IMG/VR virus record: IMGVR_UViG_3300028610_002065
Coordinates: 8,182-72,181 of that record
DNA: 64,000 nt
Reading direction: 5' to 3' (one strand)
From: a virus
Taxonomy: Duplodnaviria > Caudoviricetes
Part shown: one piece after another, positions 35,964 through 45,571 of the stretch
Layout of the letters: the number at the start of each line of letters is the position of its first letter
Numbering within the stretch: position 1 is the stretch's first letter
Translations under genes and position numbers: made by a program
Notes under the pieces: generated by a model
Told to the model about the DNA's origin: nothing
The model's database searches: none
Seen by the model: the letters and a program-made list of their open reading frames with translations, nothing else

Positions 35964-36336
35964 ATTGTTCCATTCTTGTTACAAATTCTTTTACTTCAAT
36001 CAACTTAGTTGGAGATATTGTAGTTGCTCCTTCGCCATCAACATCAATAATTTTAAAGATTAGATTATCACTTTTTAAAAGTTCACGAATAAAAAGAAGT
36101 TCATATCCGTATGGCCCAAGCATAATTTCTTTACCATCTTTAAGAAGATTAATATCTTTTTTTATTTCATCTATCAATTTGTTTATCTCATCTGAAGATG
36201 GTTCTTCGTCATGAATATAATCTTTATACTGTTCGGTTTTGATGATTTTATTTTTTTCGATTTTATAATTTGATGGAATAAAAACTATAAAAGAAGCAGA
36301 TGAACTGTTTGTTACAAAGTCTGTTTTGATTTTCAT
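35932..36336 (-). CDS. MKIKxDFVTNSS-motif protein 6
   Basis: Starts MKIKTDFVTNSSSASF. Confidence 0.75.
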   Translation of the reverse strand: MKIKTDFVTNSSSASFIVFIPSNYKIEKNKIIKTEQYKDYIHDEEPSSDEINKLIDEIKKDINLLKDGKEIMLGPYGYELLFIRELLKSDNLIFKIIDVDGEGATTISPTKLIEVKEFVTRMEQYENQNRLCNQ

Positions 36337-37739
36337 TTTCCCCCCAATATTTCCATTGCGACTTCACGATCAATGGGATTCAATTTACCATCTTTGAAAA
36401 ATAGATATTGAATTGGCCATTCTTTTTTATCATAAAATTTCTGGCGAGGGTAAAATGTTCGTGATATGTCTGGACATCCATAGTCTACCATATCAATTAT
36501 AATTGGAGTTTTCTTTCCTTCTACTTCCCTTAGAATTCTTCCAGTTAATTGCTCAAGATTTCTAATTGGGGAAGTCATAATAACACAATCTTTCCAAGGA
36601 GCATCAATTCCATCTCTAACTTTACCTGGTGTTGCAAATGTGACTTTAAAGTCTAGTTGTTCTAGTTTAGGACCTGTACCACAGAATAAACCTTTACTTT
36701 CATGTTTTGTCTCTTTAAACAATTCATCAATTAATTTAATTCTTTCTGCTACACAGATCATATGACGATCCTTTTTTAAACGACCCAACAACCCCCTCAT
36801 TGCTTCCCTGAAGGGTTTTGACTTCTTTATCATATTGAGATATCTGGAACGCTGAAACTCACCTCCCCAATGCACATACCTGTAGCTCCGGGGTGTATCA
36901 ATTTGATAATCCAATAGGACAACTGTTACTTTGCCATCCATTGTTCCTTCAAGATCATCGTCTGAAAATATATCTCCAAGATGAAAACGAATTATATCTC
37001 CATTTCCATCATACCTATCTGGAGTTGCACTTAAACCATATGTATATTTTGCTGGAATATGAATTGAACATTCTGATAATCTTGGAGCTCCGATTGATGT
37101 ATGAACTTCATCTGCGACCAATACACCCACATCTGCATTATTTAAATGAGTTAAAAACTCTTCGGGTTTCCGCTTCAACAATGATCTGAATGTTTGGACC
37201 ATGGCAATGATTATTGGTTTTTTAAAATCATCTTCAAATGTATTAGAAGTTAATCTTGCAATATCATCTATTTTCAGATCTGTAAATTGTAAGAATCGTT
37301 CTTCCCATTGCTTTGCTAATGAATCTCGATGTACTAGAATCATTGACTTGCGTTTTCGTTTAGCAATCATATATATTGAAATGACTGTTTTACCAACGCC
37401 AGGTGATAACTTTAAAATTCCGTTGGGATATTTTAACAAGTATTTGATTGCTTTTTTCTGTGCATCACTTCTAGGAGTTATATTGTGATTGATCTCTATC
37501 GGAGCTCCTTCATGCTGATGATTGACAACCTTATAATGAAATGTATATTGTTGAATCGGGAAGTATCTTGGAATTAAAAGATACTTCTCCGACTCAATAT
37601 AAAATCTATTTATTATAAAGTTTGATTTATCATATGCAGTTGTCCGACGCTCTAAGAACTCCTTTATTTTAATGTAATATTCTTTATGCTGATCTTTCTT
37701 TGAAATTAGAAGACCAGAGCGTTGGATTATATTTAACAT
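36333..37739 (-). CDS. Superfamily 2 helicase (UvsW/XPB-like)
   Basis: SPGVGKT, ADEVH, GLSATP.RYDG, QLTGRILR. Confidence 0.9.
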   Translation of the reverse strand: MLNIIQRSGLLISKKDQHKEYYIKIKEFLERRTTAYDKSNFIINRFYIESEKYLLIPRYFPIQQYTFHYKVVNHQHEGAPIEINHNITPRSDAQKKAIKYLLKYPNGILKLSPGVGKTVISIYMIAKRKRKSMILVHRDSLAKQWEERFLQFTDLKIDDIARLTSNTFEDDFKKPIIIAMVQTFRSLLKRKPEEFLTHLNNADVGVLVADEVHTSIGAPRLSECSIHIPAKYTYGLSATPDRYDGNGDIIRFHLGDIFSDDDLEGTMDGKVTVVLLDYQIDTPRSYRYVHWGGEFQRSRYLNMIKKSKPFREAMRGLLGRLKKDRHMICVAERIKLIDELFKETKHESKGLFCGTGPKLEQLDFKVTFATPGKVRDGIDAPWKDCVIMTSPIRNLEQLTGRILREVEGKKTPIIIDMVDYGCPDISRTFYPRQKFYDKKEWPIQYLFFKDGKLNPIDREVAMEILGGK

Positions 37740-38165
37740 TTATTCCTCACTATAGCTGGCCCGGGATGTATCAGTTTCATAGATATCTACATAGTCAATA
37801 CTAATACCAAGTAGATTTTTTAACTCCCAGCCGATACTATCGTATAATACTTTGGCCATATTTTCTGCTGTTGGTTCGAATGGAGTTTCAACAACCTTTA
37901 ATTCTGGCAAGATTTCTTTCATCCTCTGAATTAATTCATAATCTACTTTATTGACCATTAAAGCATGATCAAACTTTTCTATGAACTCAAGGACTATTCT
38001 CTTTAAATCTCCAAAGTCAATAATCATACCATTTGAATTTAGAGTTTTGCTTTTGACTCCAATTTCAACTATGTAATTATGTCCATGAAAGTTTTTACAT
38101 GAGCCTTTGTGTTTACTTAATCTATGTCCCATAGAGAATGTAAATTGTTTTGCTAATCTGTACAT
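37740..38165 (-). CDS. queD: 6-carboxytetrahydropterin synthase
   Basis: GHRL..H.GSCKNFHGHNY, IDFGDLK, FDHA, PTAENMA, YET. Confidence 0.92.
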   Translation of the reverse strand: MYRLAKQFTFSMGHRLSKHKGSCKNFHGHNYIVEIGVKSKTLNSNGMIIDFGDLKRIVLEFIEKFDHALMVNKVDYELIQRMKEILPELKVVETPFEPTAENMAKVLYDSIGWELKNLLGISIDYVDIYETDTSRASYSEE

Positions 38166-38168
38166 TTA

Positions 38169-39464
38169 TTATCCTCCATACTGCTCTAATACAAAAGTAG
38201 TTAAATTTTCTCTTCTCTCAGTCAAATCAGTAACCTTCATCATTAATTGTGCAGTATCTGTATCAACTGTTAGAAGTTTTCTTATTCTATATTTATTTAA
38301 TATCTCTGAAGCAAGTTTCTTATCTACTCCAGTTTCTTTCTCAATTATTTCTAATGATTGATCTATGTCATAATGTTTTTCTAGACACTTGCTTAAAACT
38401 GGTCTCATTATGTCAAGAGCTTTCATTTCACTAATTAAACTATTAGCATCATAAATTTCATTTGTCAACATTGATTCATTAACTTCCCTGAACCTATTGA
38501 AAGTATTGAGTAACATTTGATCAATTGGCATAACTTTCACTTTTTGATTTTCATCCACAACTGTTGTTTCAAATGAAATAGTACCCTTTATTACAGTTTG
38601 TAACTTATTAACAAAGTCTTTGAATATCTTATCGCGGTTTCTTTCCCGCATAACTTGGAATACGATCTCGGTTTCTGTAACTGATAAATCAGAGAAACCA
38701 ATCATATTTTCTGCTAATTCTTTACTAAATTTGTTCAAGAAAGATTCGAATCTTTTTCCGGGAGGCCATGATCGAAGTTTAACCTTATTGAGTCTGGCGT
38801 CTACTTCAATAATTCCTTCGACTTCTATTTTTGCCTTCCCTACAGTTAGTAACTCATCTAATACGTTTGAATCAGAAACGATCTGACAATCTGTGATTGG
38901 TGCAATTATTGGTTTTCGTTTTCTTATTCCCAATAACCACAAAAGTCTTTTGTGTAAGTCTGAAACTGTATAACATGGAATATAAGTTTTAAACCCAAAA
39001 CCAATTCCCTGTGTATAGTCATTTCCTAATAAACAGATTGGATACATGGTTGGTAAAAACTGTGGCTCTTTATCATCTAACTCTGTGTCAATCCACGGAA
39101 CATACTTAACATATTTGAATGCTAGATCAATTGTTTCTTGAGGAATCCTACATTCAGTATATCTTGGAGCTGCTGCACCAATAGGTTCAACTCCAATTGT
39201 TGTTCCAAAACTACCTTGACCAGTTAAGAACCCTTGTCTTACTAATTGCACAATGGTTCCATAACATTCTCCATGTGGATGATAATGACCGATAGTGTAT
39301 GCATCAACCTGCCTTGACTTCACGAGTTTGTTTCTTGCAATTTTATATGCAGACAAAAGAACTCTTCTCTCTACTGGTTTCAATCCGTCTAATGCTAGCG
39401 GGAAGTTACGGTAGTTCGAATAGAGCCCATAGTCTCTGTATAATTCGGGCAAGATTTTGTCCAT
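38169..39464 (-). CDS. Type IIA topoisomerase subunit A (GyrA/ParC/gp52-like, no CTD)
   Basis: DGLKPVERR, YHPHG, AAPRYT catalytic Tyr, GIGFG; 431 aa. Confidence 0.93.
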   Translation of the reverse strand: MDKILPELYRDYGLYSNYRNFPLALDGLKPVERRVLLSAYKIARNKLVKSRQVDAYTIGHYHPHGECYGTIVQLVRQGFLTGQGSFGTTIGVEPIGAAAPRYTECRIPQETIDLAFKYVKYVPWIDTELDDKEPQFLPTMYPICLLGNDYTQGIGFGFKTYIPCYTVSDLHKRLLWLLGIRKRKPIIAPITDCQIVSDSNVLDELLTVGKAKIEVEGIIEVDARLNKVKLRSWPPGKRFESFLNKFSKELAENMIGFSDLSVTETEIVFQVMRERNRDKIFKDFVNKLQTVIKGTISFETTVVDENQKVKVMPIDQMLLNTFNRFREVNESMLTNEIYDANSLISEMKALDIMRPVLSKCLEKHYDIDQSLEIIEKETGVDKKLASEILNKYRIRKLLTVDTDTAQLMMKVTDLTERRENLTTFVLEQYGG

Positions 39465-39847
39465 GAACGTGCCTCCTCTAAAGGAAATACTGGATTCCCC
39501 AAACCTGAATCTGCTATCTCAAGATCTCCAGTCTGAAGATATACGATTGGGTCAAATAGTTTTCCTCCATAATTTGATGCAAATACTTTATGATGATCTG
39601 GGAGAAACATATATGAGTAATCTGTCATTCTACTATCTGGCCATAACCAGGGCCACTTTGCCCCATCAGTTTTTATAACACCTTTTCTTTCCTTAATGAA
39701 ATCAACAACTAATTCTTCATATAAGGTCGGATTGTTACATATTAAAATATCTAATAAGATACCATTTACATAACCATCCGAAAAGATGCTTCCTATCCAG
39801 TTAGCTGCTATACCCGTTCCGATATAAAAATCCGCTTTAGTCATCAT
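39395..39847 (-). CDS. Hypothetical protein
   Basis: 150 aa, WIGSI..DGY, WPWLW..S..TDY motifs; GAGG RBS. Confidence 0.6.
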   Translation of the reverse strand: MMTKADFYIGTGIAANWIGSIFSDGYVNGILLDILICNNPTLYEELVVDFIKERKGVIKTDGAKWPWLWPDSRMTDYSYMFLPDHHKVFASNYGGKLFDPIVYLQTGDLEIADSGLGNPVFPLEEARSWTKSCPNYTETMGSIRTTVTSR

Positions 39848-39997
39848 TGTTACCTCTTCAATCTACAGGAATAGGGTCTTTTTCCTTTATGCGGTTTTAA
39901 AAGTTTTGGAATCTTTGACTTACCCCAAATGCATTGAAATTCATTGTTATCATTGATTATTGCCTTTAGGCATGATGGGCAATCTGGAGTTAAGATT

Positions 39998-40246
39998 TTA
40001 GTTCTCATATTTCCTCTTTGCTTTCTCGATTCTCTTCATATACATTATCAATTTGTTGTCGCTGAGATCTCCTAAATAATTCAGTTCCATCTTCCTTAAG
40101 AGCCACCCATCTTTTATAAGATATTTGTGGGCTCTCATCTGTCTAAATAATGTTTTCCTGATTCTTGTTCGTTCAGTTCTGTGGTATTCCAGATGTTCAA
40201 TTAGTTGATTGTTCATTTTCACCTCTTCTTCACAAACGTATGCCAT
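39998..40246 (-). CDS. Hypothetical protein
   Basis: Likely start MNNQL after GAGG. Confidence 0.5.
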   Translation of the reverse strand: MAYVCEEEVKMNNQLIEHLEYHRTERTRIRKTLFRQMRAHKYLIKDGWLLRKMELNYLGDLSDNKLIMYMKRIEKAKRKYEN

Positions 40247-40508
40247 TTTTTACAAGCAATCCCACTTGAGAAGTTGTCAAATCATTTCTTATATAATGCT
40301 TCACCTTGTATTCCCCACGCCCAGTATGTTCTAATATTCCCAACCTTGTGAGTAATTGTCTGTAGTTATCAAGGGTAGATCCATAAGATCCTTTATGTTT
40401 TTCTGGCATGGGGCCTCTATAAACATGATGAATAAGTTTTTGTCGGTATATTGTATCTCCAATCTTTTTACTGTTTATATATTCTTTTATCATTTGCCAT
40501 ACGTTCAT
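40230..40508 (-). CDS. Hypothetical protein
   Basis: Likely start MNVWQ at 40508, overlapping the upstream stop. Confidence 0.5.
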   Translation of the reverse strand: MNVWQMIKEYINSKKIGDTIYRQKLIHHVYRGPMPEKHKGSYGSTLDNYRQLLTRLGILEHTGRGEYKVKHYIRNDLTTSQVGLLVKNGIRL

Positions 40509-40684
40509 GGCTTTCTCCTCTTCTTCATATCGTAGCACCACTCTCGTTCATTTGATTTATCGGGCAAAGTCTGTGAAGTGTAAGTCATCTTTTCAGGATT
40601 CTTTGTACAACTATGACTCACTCTGCTATACTTCCAATATCTACATTCGGGGCAGTTCTTTCTTTGTCGTTTTTGCTTTTTCAT
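40505..40684 (-). CDS. Small basic Cys-rich protein (59 aa, below ORF-track cutoff)
   Basis: Read by hand: MKKQKRQRKNCPECRYWK...SCTKN...EWCYDMKKRRKP; fills the gap and has an ATGA overlap downstream. Confidence 0.5.
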   Translation of the reverse strand: MKKQKRQRKNCPECRYWKYSRVSHSCTKNPEKMTYTSQTLPDKSNEREWCYDMKKRRKP

Positions 40685-42190
40685 TCAAAACCTCATTATA
40701 TCTTCGGGAAGTTGATATTGAATTTGATTGTCAATTAGATTTTCAAATGTTAAAATTTGAACTCTATCAATAGAACCAAATCTTCCTTGCTCTTTTGCTT
40801 CTTTTATAATTCCTTTTGTTAAAGTATCTTCAAATGTAATATAGACTCCGATATCTCCAGTTCCTTTCATCACCTCTAAACAAAATGCTTTGAAATGATT
40901 TTTGTTTGCCGAAGATGTAATTTGAACTATACCTTTTCTGGTTTCTTCTTGGTATGTAAATGAAAAACGACCATCAATTGAATTATCTGCTACCTGTTTT
41001 TCATTTCCAGTAACTTGATCAAGATACCATTTTATTGTTATCTCCTCAAGAGCAAACTTACTATTTTTTTGCTTTCCGAATATATTTTGATCAACTAGTT
41101 CTCTTAGTTCTTTTGAAGATTTTGGAATCCCCATAATATAATAATCTTTTTTTGTGATTAATTTTAATTTTTCAAATCTCTCTTTTGTTAATTGAATAGC
41201 TCTGTGATTTATATCTATACACACGAATCTTCTTTTTAGTTTAATTGCAGATGCAGGAGTTGTACCACCACCATTGAAAAAATCGGCAACTAGATCATTT
41301 TCATTAGTTGAGGTTTGAATTATTCTTTCTAGCAATCCTTCTGGTTTTTGCGTTGGATAACCGATTCTCTCTTTACCACTTCCAGGAACAGGATCAACAT
41401 CAGTCCATATGTCAGTCATAGCAAGACCACCTATATGATTTTGAAGGAAAACTTTAATTGACGGTTTTTTACCTCCTCTTGTTGGAAGTTTAGCATGACC
41501 TGCATTTAACAATCTTTGTAATTTTTCCTTACCGATAGAACTGGCTGTGTTCCAGTGATATGGTCCCATTCCGTCATTATCATCGTGTGGAAATCTCCAT
41601 TTAACTTCATAATCTGTAAATGGATTGATGGGTTTATTGAATTTATAATTCTTTGTTTTTGTATACCATAAAATTACATCATGATTTTTAGCTAAATACT
41701 TTGACCTTGCTTTACTACTAGCAGTATGTAAACATCTTTGCCATATTATCTCATTCCCGAAGTTACTAAATCCAAAAATTCTATCAAGAATAATTTTGAT
41801 GTAATGACTTGTCGTTGGATCACAGTGATGATATAAAGATCCAGTATCTTTTATCATCTTGTGTATATACCAATATATTATACCCATTATTGTAGTATAT
41901 GCTCTTAAAGAATCGTTTGGTAATAAATTTTGAAAAGTTTTAAGAAAGTCATAAAATGAAGGATCATTGCTTTTGAAGTCTTCAAGAAGATCAAAGTATT
42001 TTATAGTTGACCAGGTATCTTTAAATGCTTCTTCAGTTATATTTGTTTCTGGGTCGAATAAAATATTATAATTTCTATTACTATTAAATGGAGGGTCATT
42101 ATAGACAAGATCGATAAACTTTCGTTTTCCTTCATAATACCATTTTTTTAGAATATCTAATGAGTCACCTAAAATTAATTGATTAACCAT
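40685..42190 (-). CDS. N6/N4 DNA methyltransferase (beta class) with possible C-terminal nuclease-like domain
   Basis: DPPFNS before DFFNGGGTT; YPTQKPEGLLERII; C-terminal IDGRF...GIVQI extension. Confidence 0.9.
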   Translation of the reverse strand: MVNQLILGDSLDILKKWYYEGKRKFIDLVYNDPPFNSNRNYNILFDPETNITEEAFKDTWSTIKYFDLLEDFKSNDPSFYDFLKTFQNLLPNDSLRAYTTIMGIIYWYIHKMIKDTGSLYHHCDPTTSHYIKIILDRIFGFSNFGNEIIWQRCLHTASSKARSKYLAKNHDVILWYTKTKNYKFNKPINPFTDYEVKWRFPHDDNDGMGPYHWNTASSIGKEKLQRLLNAGHAKLPTRGGKKPSIKVFLQNHIGGLAMTDIWTDVDPVPGSGKERIGYPTQKPEGLLERIIQTSTNENDLVADFFNGGGTTPASAIKLKRRFVCIDINHRAIQLTKERFEKLKLITKKDYYIMGIPKSSKELRELVDQNIFGKQKNSKFALEEITIKWYLDQVTGNEKQVADNSIDGRFSFTYQEETRKGIVQITSSANKNHFKAFCLEVMKGTGDIGVYITFEDTLTKGIIKEAKEQGRFGSIDRVQILTFENLIDNQIQYQLPEDIMRF

Positions 42191-42192
42191 TT

Positions 42193-42528
42193 TTAACCTC
42201 CTGCTTGTGACCTCAACTCCTCTAATTTTTCTAAATTAGTATCTGGGTCTTCTATAAAAAGTATTGCTGTGTCTGTGTTCACATCTTCATCTTTCATATT
42301 GACATTCCAACCAATTGTTTTAACAACCTTTATTACGATTGCAACATCTTCTTCCATTCCATCAACCCATTCATTTAAAGTCAAGATTTTGTTTTCAAGA
42401 TTAACACTATATCTTGCAGATGAGGTCATCCAAAAATTGTTGTGACCAATTGCTTTAAGAGCTCTGATAGTCCAATCTTGTTCATATTTATTTACTTTAT
42501 AATCTGTTTTAAAATCTTCAATTTTCAT
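42193..42528 (-). CDS. Hypothetical protein
   Basis: 111 aa, TAATG overlap. Confidence 0.55.
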   Translation of the reverse strand: MKIEDFKTDYKVNKYEQDWTIRALKAIGHNNFWMTSSARYSVNLENKILTLNEWVDGMEEDVAIVIKVVKTIGWNVNMKDEDVNTDTAILFIEDPDTNLEKLEELRSQAGG

Positions 42529-44315
42529 TATGTCACTAATTTCCTTTTTTCAGTCGCACTAGAAAACAACTTCACAAGAGAATCAATGTTGTCACTATAA
42601 GCAACATTTATTAAATTTCGTGTGGGTTCATCTAATAAACATATTTTCAACTGTCCGGGATTCATTTCCCCGAGTCCCTTATAGCGCTGAATAGTTCGAT
42701 CCTTTTCTCTTGCTTTCTCTAGTTCTTTTTCACTCCACAATGGTTTGAAGTTACGACCTTCATTGATTGCAAACAGTGGTGTCTGAGCGACAAAATAATG
42801 CCCGCTCTTAATAATATCAGGAAGTAATATTGCTATAACCATTGTAACCAAACAAGCAATATGCGATCCATCTGGGTCGGCATCTGTTGCGCATATGATT
42901 TTGGAATATCGAATGTTAGCCAAGTTAAACTCTGGCCCGATTCCTGTGCCGATTGCTCGAATTAGCTCGCCGACTTCTTTGTTCTCAAGTACACTTTTTT
43001 TAGTTGTAATATTCGGAATACTTTTTCCTTTCAGTGGCAAAATTGCATGTATCCGTGGATCTCTTGATTGAATAATTGAACCGCCTGCTGACTCTCCTTC
43101 GACTATATAGAGTTCACCCCCTCGAGTTGTACAGTCTCTCAATTTTGTGAACTTAGTTGCAGCACGCCTTGTCGATGTGCCATTTGTTTTGATCTTTTTT
43201 GAATCTAACTTTGCTCGATACTCTTGAAAGGTTTCCATCAATTCTATGAAATAATCTTCACGCTCTTGAAAATGATGATCAAGTTGAATTTTAAATGCTG
43301 ATATAAACCGATCAAAATATGTTTTTACATTTATAAGTTTGTCTTTTGTTTGAGCTGAGAATTTTGGTTCTATAAGACTGAGCATAAAATAAACTCTTAA
43401 TCTATACAGAACATCATTTGGTTGAAATTTATATCCAAGCTTCTTAGCTTTTTGCATGAAGAAATCTTTTATCAAATCATAAAAGAAATTAACATGTGTT
43501 CCGCCATTATCAACTGGTAATAAGTTAACAGAAGAAATGATTCTTGGACTTATTGGCCCTTCATTCTCATAGGCAAAGATAGCTGTAAATTTTTCGGGAA
43601 TTTTCTGTGAAGATAAAACTCTTGCTATAACTTTTTCTTTACTTGTTAAGCAATTCATAGAAAAATGTTCAGCTTCACTTAATTGAAATATTTCTTTCTT
43701 CCCATCAATTATCAAAACAAACTTAATATCATTTGGCATCTCAGCAGACGCCGTGGTTAGTCTTCTCCTTATCCTTTCTATGTCTGGAGATAATGTCTCA
43801 AAGTATTTCTTATCTGGTTTAAATTCAATTTTTGTTGAGAATGGCATTGCCAGTGTATCTTTTCCATTCTTTTCAACAACTGATTTCTTTAACTTTGCTT
43901 TAATAAATTCATATTTCGCATGATGATCATTCCGATATACTTCAACTGTGTAGTATGTACTGAGAGCATTAACAGCTACCAGACCAACCCCATGAAGACC
44001 TGAACTGATCTGATAGGCTGTTTTTTTATCTTGAAATTTTGCTCCAGAAAATAGTTTGGATGAGACAATGATAGGGGTATCGTCCGAAAGTGGGATACCC
44101 CTACCATTATCTAAAACGGAGAAGACGTTAGTTTTTGTGTCAATAATGACAGCGACAATTTTTGCATACCCAGCGAGAGCTTCATCCAAAGCATTGTCAA
44201 GAGCTTCCTCTATCAAATGAACTGGATTGCTTGTTTCCCCAACATACATGCCAGGGTTTAATTGAATATGCTCAACTTCCTTCAAAACTCTAACGTCTTT
44301 GGCCGTATATACCAT
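42528..44315 (-). CDS. Type IIA topoisomerase subunit B (GyrB/ParE-like)
   Basis: EALDNALDE, DNGRGIP, GLHGVG, VEGESAG, PLKGK, DADPDG, YKGLGEM. Confidence 0.95.
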   Translation of the reverse strand: MVYTAKDVRVLKEVEHIQLNPGMYVGETSNPVHLIEEALDNALDEALAGYAKIVAVIIDTKTNVFSVLDNGRGIPLSDDTPIIVSSKLFSGAKFQDKKTAYQISSGLHGVGLVAVNALSTYYTVEVYRNDHHAKYEFIKAKLKKSVVEKNGKDTLAMPFSTKIEFKPDKKYFETLSPDIERIRRRLTTASAEMPNDIKFVLIIDGKKEIFQLSEAEHFSMNCLTSKEKVIARVLSSQKIPEKFTAIFAYENEGPISPRIISSVNLLPVDNGGTHVNFFYDLIKDFFMQKAKKLGYKFQPNDVLYRLRVYFMLSLIEPKFSAQTKDKLINVKTYFDRFISAFKIQLDHHFQEREDYFIELMETFQEYRAKLDSKKIKTNGTSTRRAATKFTKLRDCTTRGGELYIVEGESAGGSIIQSRDPRIHAILPLKGKSIPNITTKKSVLENKEVGELIRAIGTGIGPEFNLANIRYSKIICATDADPDGSHIACLVTMVIAILLPDIIKSGHYFVAQTPLFAINEGRNFKPLWSEKELEKAREKDRTIQRYKGLGEMNPGQLKICLLDEPTRNLINVAYSDNIDSLVKLFSSATEKRKLVT

Positions 44316-44326
44316 ATGCTCCTCCG

Positions 44327-45571
44327 TTAATCAATCCATACAACGGGTCCTGTTTTATTCAAAGACTTAGCTGAAGATCCTGGTCCTAAAATCCAGATGA
44401 TCTTCTTTGGTAATGCTCGTCTTGGAATTGCATTAATATCTTCAGTATACCCGTCTGTGAAAGCAAGGCAAACATCACATCCCAATTCTCTTGCTCTTTC
44501 AAGACCTGGTCTGAGAGTTGTTCCTCCTCTTCCTTTAATATTGAATTGGATATCTCTTATTTTCTTGACTTGATACTCTTTCTCCACAACAGCATCACAT
44601 TCAAGAACAGTTGTATAACAATAGCGGTCTTTTTCAATAATGTTCTTCACTCCAGAAAGACCTTCTAATATTGCTGCATTAGACATACTACCTGAAGTGT
44701 CAATCAAGACTGCAATATCAAAAGTTCTATCTCTCATCTTTCCTGGAAATGGAGAGATTTTGGGAATAACTTTCCCTCCAAGTTTGAAGACATAGACTCG
44801 CTTTCGGTTGATTCTTGTTGGACTTCTTTTATATTTACTGTATCGAGTTCCTTTAATCCACTTTTGGATAATTTGATAATACGGAGCTTTTGGTGGAGAA
44901 AGCGCTCCTTGGATCAAGTCAGCAATATGAGATGGTAGAGTTCCTCTTTCTCTGTTGAAAGTTTTAACGGACTCTCTAATAATATCCTGAATGTGATGAT
45001 CCAATTTTCTAGCTAAGGAACTTAAATCAGAAACTCCTTTCATATTTGACCAACCTTCATGCCCTCCAATCATTGGCACCTCTACGTTTACAACCTTATT
45101 CCGTAGTAACCAATAGAAGTATTTTTCTGTCAATTCATTGTCAGGCATACCCCAGTTTCCGGGGAGTTGTGGAGGCCACGGTTTTCCGTCGATAATTACT
45201 GGTTCTAATAACTTCATTTGCTGATTAGCTGCGCAATCAGAAGCAACATTCCAGACTTTAATCTTCAATGCTTTTCTACTTCTTTCAGTTTCATTCGATA
45301 GTATTCTTATAAGTCTGGGTATGTGCTTATTCAATAGATGCATTCCTTCATGCTCGATAACTTTTGTGAGATTTTCATCATCAGTGCCGTTCATCAAGGT
45401 TGGTTCATAAGCGAGAGTTAATGTACCATCATTCTCTGCCATAACTCCCATTATTGAACCGAACCCTGTCATTGGTCGACGTCTGATTCTTGAAAACAAA
45501 TAACCCCAATAGTTATACTTGAGCACGAATTTAGCAACCAGGTGTCTTAATCTTTCTCCCTGGTTTTTCAT
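44327..45571 (-). CDS. DUF2201-like metallopeptidase + vWA protein
   Basis: HEGMH...NVASD; DTSGSM, GGT, FTDG MIDAS motifs. Confidence 0.85.
   Translation of the reverse strand: MKNQGERLRHLVAKFVLKYNYWGYLFSRIRRRPMTGFGSIMGVMAENDGTLTLAYEPTLMNGTDDENLTKVIEHEGMHLLNKHIPRLIRILSNETERSRKALKIKVWNVASDCAANQQMKLLEPVIIDGKPWPPQLPGNWGMPDNELTEKYFYWLLRNKVVNVEVPMIGGHEGWSNMKGVSDLSSLARKLDHHIQDIIRESVKTFNRERGTLPSHIADLIQGALSPPKAPYYQIIQKWIKGTRYSKYKRSPTRINRKRVYVFKLGGKVIPKISPFPGKMRDRTFDIAVLIDTSGSMSNAAILEGLSGVKNIIEKDRYCYTTVLECDAVVEKEYQVKKIRDIQFNIKGRGGTTLRPGLERARELGCDVCLAFTDGYTEDINAIPRRALPKKIIWILGPGSSAKSLNKTGPVVWID

Noticed and set aside
30540-36336. Integron-like or insertion-sequence DNA repeats at the FVTNSS gene starts
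   Set aside because: The repeats are in-frame coding sequence with synonymous divergence; no attC-like palindrome, integrase or transposase nearby.
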